NCBI GenBank assembly: GCA_963729895.1
Contig: CAVSQB010000026.1
Coordinates: 32,001-96,000, forward strand
DNA length: 64,000 nt
Direction of reading: 5' to 3'
From: an uncultured Fibrobacterota bacterium
Lineage (GTDB): Bacteria > Fibrobacterota > Chitinivibrionia > Chitinivibrionales > FEN-1185
Below the pieces are notes generated by a model. The model was not told where the DNA came from. It did no database searches and saw nothing but the letters and a program-made list of their open reading frames with translations. Made by a program: the position numbers and the translations under genes. This document shows positions 9,860 to 18,664 of this stretch, in pieces (the first letter of the stretch is position 1; every line of letters starts with the position of its first letter).

Positions 9860-11164
9860 CGCATTGCCTCAAATTAAATGTAACCGAAGGCTTAATCGAA
9901 ACACGCACCAATTGATTCGTTGCCTCATAATTAAGGTAACCCAAGAAAAAAGGGGGTTACCACTATGGGGCACAAAGAAAAAGAAGCATATCGGGAAGCG
10001 ATACGACAACGATATGCCCATTCCAACAGAGCCGGCAAAAAGCAGATTCTCGATGAGTTTTGTGCGATTTGCCGATACAATCGCAAGTACGCTATCCGGC
10101 TACTTGGAAAACGCAAACAGAAACAAAAAGCCAAGCGTGGAAGAAGACCCTTATATGCTGAACCGCTTTTTATTAAGGCGTTACAGTACATCTGGAAAGC
10201 CTCTGATTTCATGTGCTCTCGCCGCCTTAAGGTTGTCATTCCAGTATGGCTGCCATTCTACGAACAATCCTTTGAACTGCTTTCCGAGGAAGTCCGTGCG
10301 CGGCTCCTCTCTGTCAGCCGCTCCACGCTTGACCGCGTCCTATGCCCTTTACGTACGCGTATGGGCAAGGGATTGTGCGGCACCAAGCCCGGCTCCATGC
10401 TGCGCAATCAAATCCCCATCCGTACCGACAACTGGGATATTACCCAGCCTGGATTCATGGAGGCGGATACGGTTGCCCATTGCGGCACCAGCCTTGCCGG
10501 AGAATTTGTGTGGAGCCTTATCATGACTGACATCCATACTGCTTGGACCGAAGGCCGTGCTGTGTGGAATAAGGGCTCCCAGGGTGTCATTGAGCAGGTT
10601 AAAGACATCGAACGACGAATACCTTTTGCCCTGCGTGGCTTTGACTGTGATAACGGGTCCGAGTTCCTCAACTATCATCTCGAACGCTACTTCGCCGTGC
10701 GACAAGACCCTGTAAAGTTCACCCGGTCACGTCCCTACAAGAAAAACGACAACGCCCATGTCGAACAGAAAAACTGGGCGCAGGCCAGGCACATGCTTGG
10801 TTATGATCGGATCGAAAACCCCGACACGCTTCCCCTCATTAACGACCTCTATGCCAACGAGTGGTCTCTCTATCAAAACCACTTCTGTCCATCGCTGAAA
10901 CTCAAATCTAAAATCCGGATAGGATCTCGATACCGCAAGACCTATGAAGAACCGAAAACTCCCTATCAAAGAATCGTTGAATCACCTTACATAGCTTCAG
11001 AAGTCAAGCAAAGCCTTGAACTGACCCACCGTGCTCTCAATCCATTCCAATTAAAAAAGACTATCGAAAGAAAACTCAAAACCATTTTCAACCTTGTTAC
11101 GGTTACCTCATTTGTGAGGCATCGAATCTGACCCTTCGGTTACCTTTTATTATGAGGCAACACG
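9860..11164 (+). mobile_element. 1305-bp insertion sequence, copy 1 (DDE integrase-core transposase, IS481/ISNCY-like)
   Basis: Imperfect terminal IRs CGCATTGCCTCA / CGTGTTGCCTCA and 4-bp target duplication GCAC (9856-9859, 11165-11168). Same sequence as 23413-24717. Confidence 0.93.
9965..11131 (+). CDS. DDE transposase (rve integrase core)
   Basis: EADTVAHCG, DCDNGSEF and RSRPYKKNDNAHVEQKN motifs; lower GC than the host. Confidence 0.93.
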   Translation: MGHKEKEAYREAIRQRYAHSNRAGKKQILDEFCAICRYNRKYAIRLLGKRKQKQKAKRGRRPLYAEPLFIKALQYIWKASDFMCSRRLKVVIPVWLPFYEQSFELLSEEVRARLLSVSRSTLDRVLCPLRTRMGKGLCGTKPGSMLRNQIPIRTDNWDITQPGFMEADTVAHCGTSLAGEFVWSLIMTDIHTAWTEGRAVWNKGSQGVIEQVKDIERRIPFALRGFDCDNGSEFLNYHLERYFAVRQDPVKFTRSRPYKKNDNAHVEQKNWAQARHMLGYDRIENPDTLPLINDLYANEWSLYQNHFCPSLKLKSKIRIGSRYRKTYEEPKTPYQRIVESPYIASEVKQSLELTHRALNPFQLKKTIERKLKTIFNLVTVTSFVRHRI

Positions 11165-11170
11165 GCACGG

Positions 11171-11980
11171 TTACCGGACAAAGGAATACAGGAACACGAT
11201 CACGGTCACCAGGATGTTGATCAAGAGCGTCGTTATCATGCATCCCACCACGCTCTTGAGCGCCGCCTGCGGCACTTCCCGCATGTTGGTGACAGCCAGC
11301 CCGTAGTAACAGCTTACCAGCGCGATGATGGACCCGAACAGCACGTTTTTGATCATGGAAATCAGGATGTCCTGCCACACCAGCGCATCGAGGACCGTGC
11401 TCATGAAAATACCAAACGGGATGCTCACCTTGACTTGTGCGATAAAATAGCCGCCGATGATCGCGATGACGTCGAAATACACCGACAGGCATACCAGCGA
11501 AACCACCATGGCCACGAACGCAGGCATGACGATGAAATGGACCGGATCGATGCCCATCACCTCGAGGGCCGACAGCTCCTTTGACACGCGCATATTGCCG
11601 ATATAGGTTGCCAGTGCGGAACCCGACCTGCCCACCACCACCAGCGACGTGAAGAACGGCCCCAGTTCCCGGATCACCACAAGAATGAGGATGTTGCCGA
11701 AATACTCGCCCACGCCGAATTTCGGCATGTTGGTCATGGCCTGGATGATGATGGTGATTCCGCAGAGAAGGCCGATGATGCCGACAAGCCAGAACGCCTC
11801 CACGCCGGTAAACAGGATCTGGTTGACGATCTGCTTGAACGACGAGGCGATCCCCTTTCTCCCGCCCGCGAACAACACGGCGCCGATGTCAAGGAGAAGC
11901 CCCAGGACAGCGAACACCATCCTGCACATCGACACCGCCCAGGCGCCCAGCCTGTCGACAAACGGAACCAATCGGCCCAT
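11171..11980 (-). CDS. mlaE: MlaE family ABC transporter permease
   Basis: IRELGP, GRSGSA, MRVSKELSALEVMGIDP and multiple TM helices. Confidence 0.93.
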   Translation of the reverse strand: MGRLVPFVDRLGAWAVSMCRMVFAVLGLLLDIGAVLFAGGRKGIASSFKQIVNQILFTGVEAFWLVGIIGLLCGITIIIQAMTNMPKFGVGEYFGNILILVVIRELGPFFTSLVVVGRSGSALATYIGNMRVSKELSALEVMGIDPVHFIVMPAFVAMVVSLVCLSVYFDVIAIIGGYFIAQVKVSIPFGIFMSTVLDALVWQDILISMIKNVLFGSIIALVSCYYGLAVTNMREVPQAALKSVVGCMITTLLINILVTVIVFLYSFVR

Positions 11981-11998
11981 GCGCTCAAATCCAGTTTG

Positions 11999-12601
11999 TT
12001 AAAGTGTCGAGGCCCACTCGGCGTACCGTTTCCAGAACCGTTCCCGCGCCGCATCGGTTGACGTTGAGTAAAGCACCGGCGGTTGCCGCGTGCCGAACGC
12101 CGCGGCGTACTGCCGCGCATGCGCCGCCTGCCGCTGCGCCGGGAGTTTGTCGGCCTTGGTAAGCACCGCCAGCATCGGCAGCGACAGCGAGACGAGCCAC
12201 GAGTGTGCCTCTTTGTCAAGAACCAGCCCGGGGTGGCGAATGTCGCACAGCCAGATCACGCCGCGCAGGTTCTTCCTGTTTTGGCAATACTCGGCAACCA
12301 GCCGCGACCACCTGATCTGTTCGCTCCTGGCGCGCTCGGCGTGGCCGTAACCGGGCAGGTCGGCCCACACCGTGCCGTCGCTTACCCGGTAGAAATTGGC
12401 AAGCGTGGTCTTGCCGGGCGTCTTTGACACGCGCGCCAGCGTCTTGTTTCCGAACAGGTGATTGATAAACGACGATTTTCCCACATTCGACCTGCCAAAA
12501 ACGCAGAATTCCCGGCCGTCGTTTTTCGGGACATCGCCATAGTGCGCGGCTGAAGACAAAAAAACGGCCGAAGGCCATGGCTTCTTTTTTATGATGGGCA
12601 T
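11999..12601 (-). CDS. engB: Ribosome biogenesis GTPase EngB/YihA/YsxC
   Basis: GRSNVGKSS, SKTPGKT, DLPGYG and TKADK motifs. Confidence 0.95.
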   Translation of the reverse strand: MPIIKKKPWPSAVFLSSAAHYGDVPKNDGREFCVFGRSNVGKSSFINHLFGNKTLARVSKTPGKTTLANFYRVSDGTVWADLPGYGHAERARSEQIRWSRLVAEYCQNRKNLRGVIWLCDIRHPGLVLDKEAHSWLVSLSLPMLAVLTKADKLPAQRQAAHARQYAAAFGTRQPPVLYSTSTDAARERFWKRYAEWASTL

Positions 12602-12725
12602 GTTCAATTGTACAACTATCCCGGTTGTTTATCAACCCATGACCAGCATCGGCGCAAGCGACCCGCACCATGGTAGAATATATATTTTGTTCGCATTTGC
12701 ATCCGGCGTGTGGAAAGGGCTCTGC

Positions 12726-13745
12726 ATGACCATTGTTGAGGCAATCAAGCAGGTGACCGTCGGAAACAGTTTGACTGTTGCCGAGTCGAGCGACGTGTTC
12801 AACGACATCATGAGCGGCGGCGCAACCGACGCACAGATCGCCGCGTTCGTTGTCGCGCTTCGCATGAAGGGCGAAACACCCGAGGAGATCACGGGGGCAG
12901 CCAGGGTGATGCGGGACAAGGCCACCCACGTCATCCCGCGCGATGCGCGCCATGTTGTTGACACATGCGGAACCGGCGGGGACGGCGCACGCACCTTCAA
13001 CATCTCCACCGCCGCCGCCTTCGTCGCCGCGGGAGCGGGCGCCACGGTGGCCAAGCACGGCAACCGGGCCGTGTCAAGCGCGTGCGGTTCGGCCGACGTG
13101 CTCGAGGCCCTCGGGGTAAATATTTCGGCAGGCCCGGACACCATGAAGCGGTGCCTTGACGAAGTAGGTATTTGCTTCCTGTTCGCGTCGTCGTTGCACA
13201 AGGCGATGAAATACGCCATAGGCCCCAGAAAGGAAATCGGTATCCGCACCATATTCAATATTCTGGGCCCGCTCACCAACCCGTCAATGGCGCACTGCCA
13301 GCTCCTCGGCGCGTTCTCGTCCGAGCTCACCACCACCATGGCAACGGTGCTTCTCAACCTTGGGAGCACACATGCATTCGTTGTGCATGGCGCCGATCAT
13401 CTTGACGAAATCACCATCAGTGCGGAAACTCATGTGGCCGAAGTCTTTGCCGGCTCGGTAAAATCGTATGACATACGACCCGAGGATTTCGGCTTTTCCC
13501 GCAGCCGCATCGAAACCATAGCCGGCGGAACAGCGCCGCACAATGCCGCTATTGTCAGGAGCGTGCTCGGAGGGGAAAAGGGGGCGCGCCGCGACATTGT
13601 GCTGCTCAACGCAGGATTCGCGATCGCGGCGAGCGGGATCGCAAACGGCCCGGCCGAAGGAATCGCCATGGCGCGAAAGTCGATTGACGAGGGCAAGGCA
13701 ATGGCCAAGCTGGAGGGGTTGGTGGCGATGACGGGCGGGAAATAG
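12726..13745 (+). CDS. trpD: Anthranilate phosphoribosyltransferase
   Basis: DTCGTGGDG, FNIST, KHGNRAVSS and RTIFNILGPLTNP motifs. Confidence 0.97.
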   Translation: MTIVEAIKQVTVGNSLTVAESSDVFNDIMSGGATDAQIAAFVVALRMKGETPEEITGAARVMRDKATHVIPRDARHVVDTCGTGGDGARTFNISTAAAFVAAGAGATVAKHGNRAVSSACGSADVLEALGVNISAGPDTMKRCLDEVGICFLFASSLHKAMKYAIGPRKEIGIRTIFNILGPLTNPSMAHCQLLGAFSSELTTTMATVLLNLGSTHAFVVHGADHLDEITISAETHVAEVFAGSVKSYDIRPEDFGFSRSRIETIAGGTAPHNAAIVRSVLGGEKGARRDIVLLNAGFAIAASGIANGPAEGIAMARKSIDEGKAMAKLEGLVAMTGGK

Positions 13746-13812
13746 GGGTGAAACGGGTCACAACGATAAGAGGATGCAACGCCGACTCCGGCCCGGGACA
13801 AAGGATTTTGTA

Positions 13813-14517
13813 ATGATTCGCGCAGTACCTGCATTTGTCCGAAAGACCAGTAGCACCCTCATCAACAACCCGACCTGGGGGCTGGTGATTGCCGTGGCCA
13901 TTGCCCTTGTCGCCAACATCTCCACGATCCAGTACATCGCTTCGCTCCAAAACGATTTGGAGGTCATGTTCAACAGCGACCTCATCGGACAGAACTACAT
14001 CCAATCCGCAAGGATCAAGCTCCTCTCAATCGGCAAGGACGTGAACAATTTGTTTCTCCTCACCGACACCGACGAGAAATACGTGGTCACCGAGAGAATC
14101 CTCACGTACAAGCGCGAAGTGGAATCGCTCCTTGTAAAGTCGAAACCGTTCTACCGCACCAGGAAAAGCGCCCAGCTTGTTGCGGAGGCCGGCACGGCGT
14201 TTGCAGAATGCGCGGTCATCATAGATTCCCTCATTGCATTGTCGAAATCCGGGGCCGCACGCGAAGCGCTCGACATCATCACCGGAGAGATGAAGAACGG
14301 GTTTGGAAAACTCGACGACCGGTTGAGCTATCTGGACGGGGTCAAGCTGCGGCACGATATGAAGGTCTTCAAGAACATCGACTACCAATTGTCCATTTCG
14401 ATCATCTTCACGGTTGTCGCACTTGTCACAACCGTCATCATGCGGATCTTGGTATACCGGCGAAGGAAACGCCGCGATCCTTCCCGCCCCGCCCCGACAG
14501 GCGCCGTCCTGCGGTAA
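13813..14517 (+). CDS. Membrane protein with MCP-type four-helix-bundle sensor domain and no output domain
   Basis: TM, ~150-aa helical periplasmic region, TM, then a short basic tail. Start could be 13774. Confidence 0.65.
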   Translation: MIRAVPAFVRKTSSTLINNPTWGLVIAVAIALVANISTIQYIASLQNDLEVMFNSDLIGQNYIQSARIKLLSIGKDVNNLFLLTDTDEKYVVTERILTYKREVESLLVKSKPFYRTRKSAQLVAEAGTAFAECAVIIDSLIALSKSGAAREALDIITGEMKNGFGKLDDRLSYLDGVKLRHDMKVFKNIDYQLSISIIFTVVALVTTVIMRILVYRRRKRRDPSRPAPTGAVLR

Positions 14518-14534
14518 CGCCGCGTTGCAGCGAC

Positions 14535-15248
14535 CTACGTTTGACGGCCGCACCTGCCGTCAAACGCCGGATAATACAGGCGGAGTTCTTCAACGAGTTT
14601 GCCGATCGGAAGCTGTCCCGGCGCCACGGATTTGTTCACGTAGCCATAGGTAAACAGGGAACCGAACACCGGAGCCGCGACCCGCGAGATGGCGCCCCAG
14701 GCGCCCATGGCGATAACGACAAGAGGCTTGTCGAATCCCGCGGCAAACATGAGCAGACGCGCCACGTCGCGGTAACTGTGCGCCATGACCGCGATTTTCA
14801 CGATGTCGGCGCCCAGCGCCACGGCCTTTTCCGCAATGCGTTCCAAATGCGTAATATCCGGCGTTTTCTCGAAATCGTGCTCCGACACGATCACGGTTTT
14901 CCCCGCCGCATGCGCGATCACCTGGCGGTTGATTGATGCGTCTATCTCAACATCGACCGCATCCACAAACGGCATGACCGCCTTGAACATGTCGAGGCGC
15001 GTTTCCCGGTTTTCGTCCGTTTCCCGGATGGTGCAGATGCAGGGGAAGTGCGTTGTCTTCTTGATCTTGTCGACATACACGCAGAGCGAAGGAATAGCGG
15101 AGCTTATCAGATCCAACCTGATTTCTAAAATGTCAATCCCGTTCCGTTCAAGCAGTGCAAAGCGGTGCATGTCCATGAATTCGTCGATGACGGCGACCAC
15201 GCGGGGAATTTCGCCGAGGGAAACCGAGCCGATTGCGAGGGGTTTCAT
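14535..15248 (-). CDS. aroD: Type I 3-dehydroquinate dehydratase
   Basis: EIRLD, DVE, VSEHDFEKTP, ADIVKIAV, AMG..G..SR and APGQ motifs. Confidence 0.93.
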   Translation of the reverse strand: MKPLAIGSVSLGEIPRVVAVIDEFMDMHRFALLERNGIDILEIRLDLISSAIPSLCVYVDKIKKTTHFPCICTIRETDENRETRLDMFKAVMPFVDAVDVEIDASINRQVIAHAAGKTVIVSEHDFEKTPDITHLERIAEKAVALGADIVKIAVMAHSYRDVARLLMFAAGFDKPLVVIAMGAWGAISRVAAPVFGSLFTYGYVNKSVAPGQLPIGKLVEELRLYYPAFDGRCGRQT

Positions 15249-15320
15249 ACCATAAAAATGGTTGATGGATGATGGCGGGTTATTACTATTTTCATTCCAT
15301 ATACAGGGGTGAATAAAATA

Positions 15321-15451
15321 TTGGTTTGCTGAGCCGGTGCGGCAATAACGAGATAATCATGTGGATTGCTGAGCGTGTGCGGCGAGGTGCCTCTTTTGGC
15401 GAGACCGAAACTCCTGCTGCGCGCACACTAGAAACACCCGCTTAACAAAAT
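15321..15451 (-). repeat. Dispersed hairpin repeat family 2, copy A (15363-15451) plus an extra 3' part (15321-15343)
   Basis: Aligns with 55742-55831. The 23-mer GCCGCACCGGCTCAGCAAACCAA is identical at 15321-15343(-) and 55809-55831(+). Confidence 0.75.
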
Positions 15452-15539
15452 CCAAGACCAAATCCAGTGGCCCTGGTCTTCCAGCCGCAGCTGCACCACT
15501 GAGGGGGAAATGCAGAATACCTTTGCGTTCTTGCTTTTT

Positions 15540-15677
15540 GCGTTAGGCAGGACCGAAGGGCGCGCGAGAGCGCGTTGCCGGGCGACCCCGCCGGAGGCAT
15601 AGGGGCGATCCGGCAACGAGGCCATCCGGCCGAGCCCGGAGGGAGGGCCGACCCGAGCAAAGCGAGGGGAACGCCCA
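15540..15677 (-). repeat. Dispersed structured repeat family 1, copy A (candidate ncRNA or non-autonomous element)
   Basis: Reverse complement aligns with 38128-38290, sharing TGGGCGTTCCCCT, GGGTCGGCCCTCCCTCCGGGCTCGGCCG, GGCCTCGTTGCCGG and CGGTCCTGCCTAACGC. Confidence 0.85.
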
Positions 15678-15728
15678 AACCTATTGTCAAGATTTGAGAC
15701 AAGCTGAACTTCCCCCGCCAGAATACTC

Positions 15729-16739
15729 TTATGTTTTAGAAATTCCCAGCATTTGTTCCGCCCTGTCATCCAAATACCTTGCCAATCCGCCCGGTATCCT
15801 CTTCATCATCCCCGATTGCATCCACACCTCGGGGCTTTCCATGCACAAGTAAAGGGGAATTCGAGGGTCGCGCTTTTCAACTTCATCCCTGATTGCGGAA
15901 TAGAATTCCACCCGTATCGGCCGGTAGTAGCGTATCTTGCCGTCTTCTCCCTGCACGAGTTCGCCCATCGCGAACAACGGCAAATGTTCGTTTGTTTTCT
16001 TCAGCAGTGCCTTGAGCGCCGGCGACGAGCGGAACCCGCCCAGGCTCCACCATGCGATTCTTGACGTATCGGAAATGGCGCGGAATATCAGGGATGCCAC
16101 CTCGCGGTATTCCCGCTCCCATTCGGGATACCACACAATGGGATCAAAGTGGAAGGCGACCCAGAAGCCCATGTCGAGACAGCGCTGTGCCGCGGCAAGG
16201 CGATCTTCAATGGAAGCCGTCCCTTGTTCAAGCAGGGAAACCATGCGCGGCGTGTTCATGGAAAAACCGACGACCGCTTTGGAGGGGTTCTTTAGTGCGG
16301 CACAACCGTTGACGCCGGCGCTCTTGGTCTTGAACTCCACCAGCACGTTCGGATACGGATCGAGCAACGCCGCGATTTTATCGCATAGGTGAAGTTTGTC
16401 CTCCAGATACAGGCTGTCGCCGAACTCGCCGGTGCCAAAACGCACCACGCCGGTGCGACCGGCAAGCTTATTCCGTACTTCCCTTTCCAGATCGGCAAAA
16501 TTGTCAAACACAACCTGGCTTTGGCATTCCAGGTATGCCTGCAGAATGCAGTATCTGCAGTACATGCCGCATCCGGTAAGCGGAGTGAGAATCTGGTACC
16601 CGCAGCACAAGTATCCGGCCGTTGTACCGGGACACGGTTTCCAGAAGTCACCCTGGTGGGTTGCGTGAACGATATCGTTACGACGCGCAAGATTAACAGG
16701 CTCCGGCACGACGGAGGATTGTGCGGAACCGTTGTTCAC
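15729..16739 (-). CDS. Spore photoproduct lyase family radical SAM protein
   Basis: CGMYCRYC, GTGEFGDSL, EFKTKS, HFDP and YLCMES motifs. GTG start overlaps the upstream stop (GTGA). Confidence 0.85.
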   Translation of the reverse strand: MNNGSAQSSVVPEPVNLARRNDIVHATHQGDFWKPCPGTTAGYLCCGYQILTPLTGCGMYCRYCILQAYLECQSQVVFDNFADLEREVRNKLAGRTGVVRFGTGEFGDSLYLEDKLHLCDKIAALLDPYPNVLVEFKTKSAGVNGCAALKNPSKAVVGFSMNTPRMVSLLEQGTASIEDRLAAAQRCLDMGFWVAFHFDPIVWYPEWEREYREVASLIFRAISDTSRIAWWSLGGFRSSPALKALLKKTNEHLPLFAMGELVQGEDGKIRYYRPIRVEFYSAIRDEVEKRDPRIPLYLCMESPEVWMQSGMMKRIPGGLARYLDDRAEQMLGISKT

Positions 16740-18505
16740 CGGCGGCCTCCCCGCCGCGGGACCGCAGGGTGCGCGGGCGGTTCCCGCCACCACATGATGA
16801 GATCTTTCTGCCCGCGAACGTCACTCAATTTGTACGAAACGGCGACCTTCTTGCCTGTAAACGGGTCTTCGCCCGTTGCATACACGGAGCACGATACGGT
16901 CATGGGGATCGGCATATATTCCTGCACTTGACGCGGCCGGATGCCCCTGCGCCTCAGGTACTCGCCGAGTTCCCGGGCGTCTGCATGCGTGCTGCCCGGA
17001 TGCCCGGCAATCAAATACGGCGCCAGGTACTGCTGCCTTCCGGCTCGCGCGCTCGCGTTTGCAAACAATTCCTCGAAGCGCGCCCAGCCCGTTTCTTCCG
17101 GCTTTCCCATCGCTGCAAGCACGGGACGCGCCACGTGCTCCGGCGCCACCGACAGCTGACCTCCGGTGGCCTTCTTGGCGATCACCTCGATGATCTCGGG
17201 CCAGAGCAGGGCGAGGTCCATGCGCACCCCCGAGTTTATTGACACATGCTTTACCCTGTCGAGCCCGCACACCGTTCGGATGAGATCGGCGAACGCCGAC
17301 TGGCCCGTGTGGAGGAACGCGCACGCCGACGGCGCCAGGCAGCTTCTCCTGCGGCAGGACGAGCCGTCTTCGGGACGTTTGCAGAACAGGCCGTACATGT
17401 TGGCGGTGGGCCCCCCAAGATCGGACACGACCCCCTTCCATCCGGGGAGCAACGACCGTTTTCTTATTTCGCGCGCCACGGATTCCTTGGACCTGCTCTG
17501 CACCGTCTTTCCCTGGTGTGCGCCCAGGCCGCAGAAATTGCAGCCGCCAAAGCACCCGCGCACCACGGTGACGGAGTCCTTTACCTGCTCGAACGCCGGA
17601 ATCGCCTGCGCGTAGGAAGGATGCGGCCGGTACGCAAACGGCAGTTCGTAGATGCGGTCGATTTCCCCCTGCGTCAACGGCTCCGCAGGTTTATTGACAA
17701 GTACCGCAAGGGTACCGCATTCCTGGAGCAACGCGGCATCGGGGTTCTCGTAGAACAGCCGGGTCATCCGCGAAAAAGCCCCCCTCGAACTTCTGATTTC
17801 GTCAAAGGACGGCAGGCGGACGAACCGGCGCTTTGGGTCCAATGCCGCCTGATCAAAAGCGTTCTTGCCCAGCCGCACGGCGGTACCTGGGATGTCAAGC
17901 ATTCCGTCGAGCGGCTCGCCCCGTTTGCAACGGGAGACGATCGCGCGCAAGGGGTGTTCGGCCATTCCGTACACAAGGAGCTCCGCCTTGGCGTCGAGCA
18001 GGAGCGGCTGGCGCAGCGTGTCGGACCAGTAGTCGTAGTGGACGATGCGGCGCAGGCTGGCCTCAACCCCGCCGATCACGATAGGCACGCCGCCAAAGGT
18101 CTGGCGCAGGGCGTTGCAATAGGCGATGGTGGCGCGGGCCGGCCTTTTGCCGGCAACACCGCCGGGAACATACGGGTCGTCGCTGCGCGGCTTTTTCTGG
18201 GCAGTGAACAGCGAAAGCATGGAGTCCACGTTCCCCGCCGTCACCCCGAAAAAATATCTGGGCGCACCGAGCGCGGAAAAATCGGCGGGGTTCTTTGCAT
18301 CGGGCATTGCGATGATACCCACGGAGCACCCGAGCGACTGAAGGTACCGGCCGACCACGGCGGCGCCGAACGCAGGGTGGTCGACATACGCGTCGCCCGT
18401 GACGATGATGACGTCGAGTTGTTCCATGCCCAAGGCCTGCATTTCTTCCCGCGAGGCGGGGAGAAATGAACCAGCCCCTGTAGTTTTCCCGGGAGAAAGG
18501 TCCAT
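16736..18505 (-). CDS. YgiQ (UPF0313) family radical SAM protein
   Basis: GDAYVDHPAFG, GNVDSM, RGCFGGCNFC, DLGGPTANMYG and APEH motifs. Confidence 0.93.
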   Translation of the reverse strand: MDLSPGKTTGAGSFLPASREEMQALGMEQLDVIIVTGDAYVDHPAFGAAVVGRYLQSLGCSVGIIAMPDAKNPADFSALGAPRYFFGVTAGNVDSMLSLFTAQKKPRSDDPYVPGGVAGKRPARATIAYCNALRQTFGGVPIVIGGVEASLRRIVHYDYWSDTLRQPLLLDAKAELLVYGMAEHPLRAIVSRCKRGEPLDGMLDIPGTAVRLGKNAFDQAALDPKRRFVRLPSFDEIRSSRGAFSRMTRLFYENPDAALLQECGTLAVLVNKPAEPLTQGEIDRIYELPFAYRPHPSYAQAIPAFEQVKDSVTVVRGCFGGCNFCGLGAHQGKTVQSRSKESVAREIRKRSLLPGWKGVVSDLGGPTANMYGLFCKRPEDGSSCRRRSCLAPSACAFLHTGQSAFADLIRTVCGLDRVKHVSINSGVRMDLALLWPEIIEVIAKKATGGQLSVAPEHVARPVLAAMGKPEETGWARFEELFANASARAGRQQYLAPYLIAGHPGSTHADARELGEYLRRRGIRPRQVQEYMPIPMTVSCSVYATGEDPFTGKKVAVSYKLSDVRGQKDLIMWWREPPAHPAVPRRGGRR

Positions 18506-18664
18506 AGGTGGAAAATTATGTGATTGCACGCCCGGGAAGGTTATGGTTTGGGCAAAGGAAAGATTGTTGTATGAGCCGGAGTAGCCCTATGGACCCGGCG
18601 CCGGCATGAGACCGTTTCCACAATTGTTACCTTTGGCACCCGCATGCGGGATCGCGGAAGCTTG

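Noticed and set aside
15321..15451. Hairpin repeats as integron attC sites
   Set aside because: No paired RYYYAAC/GTTRRRY boxes bounding gene cassettes, and no integrase.
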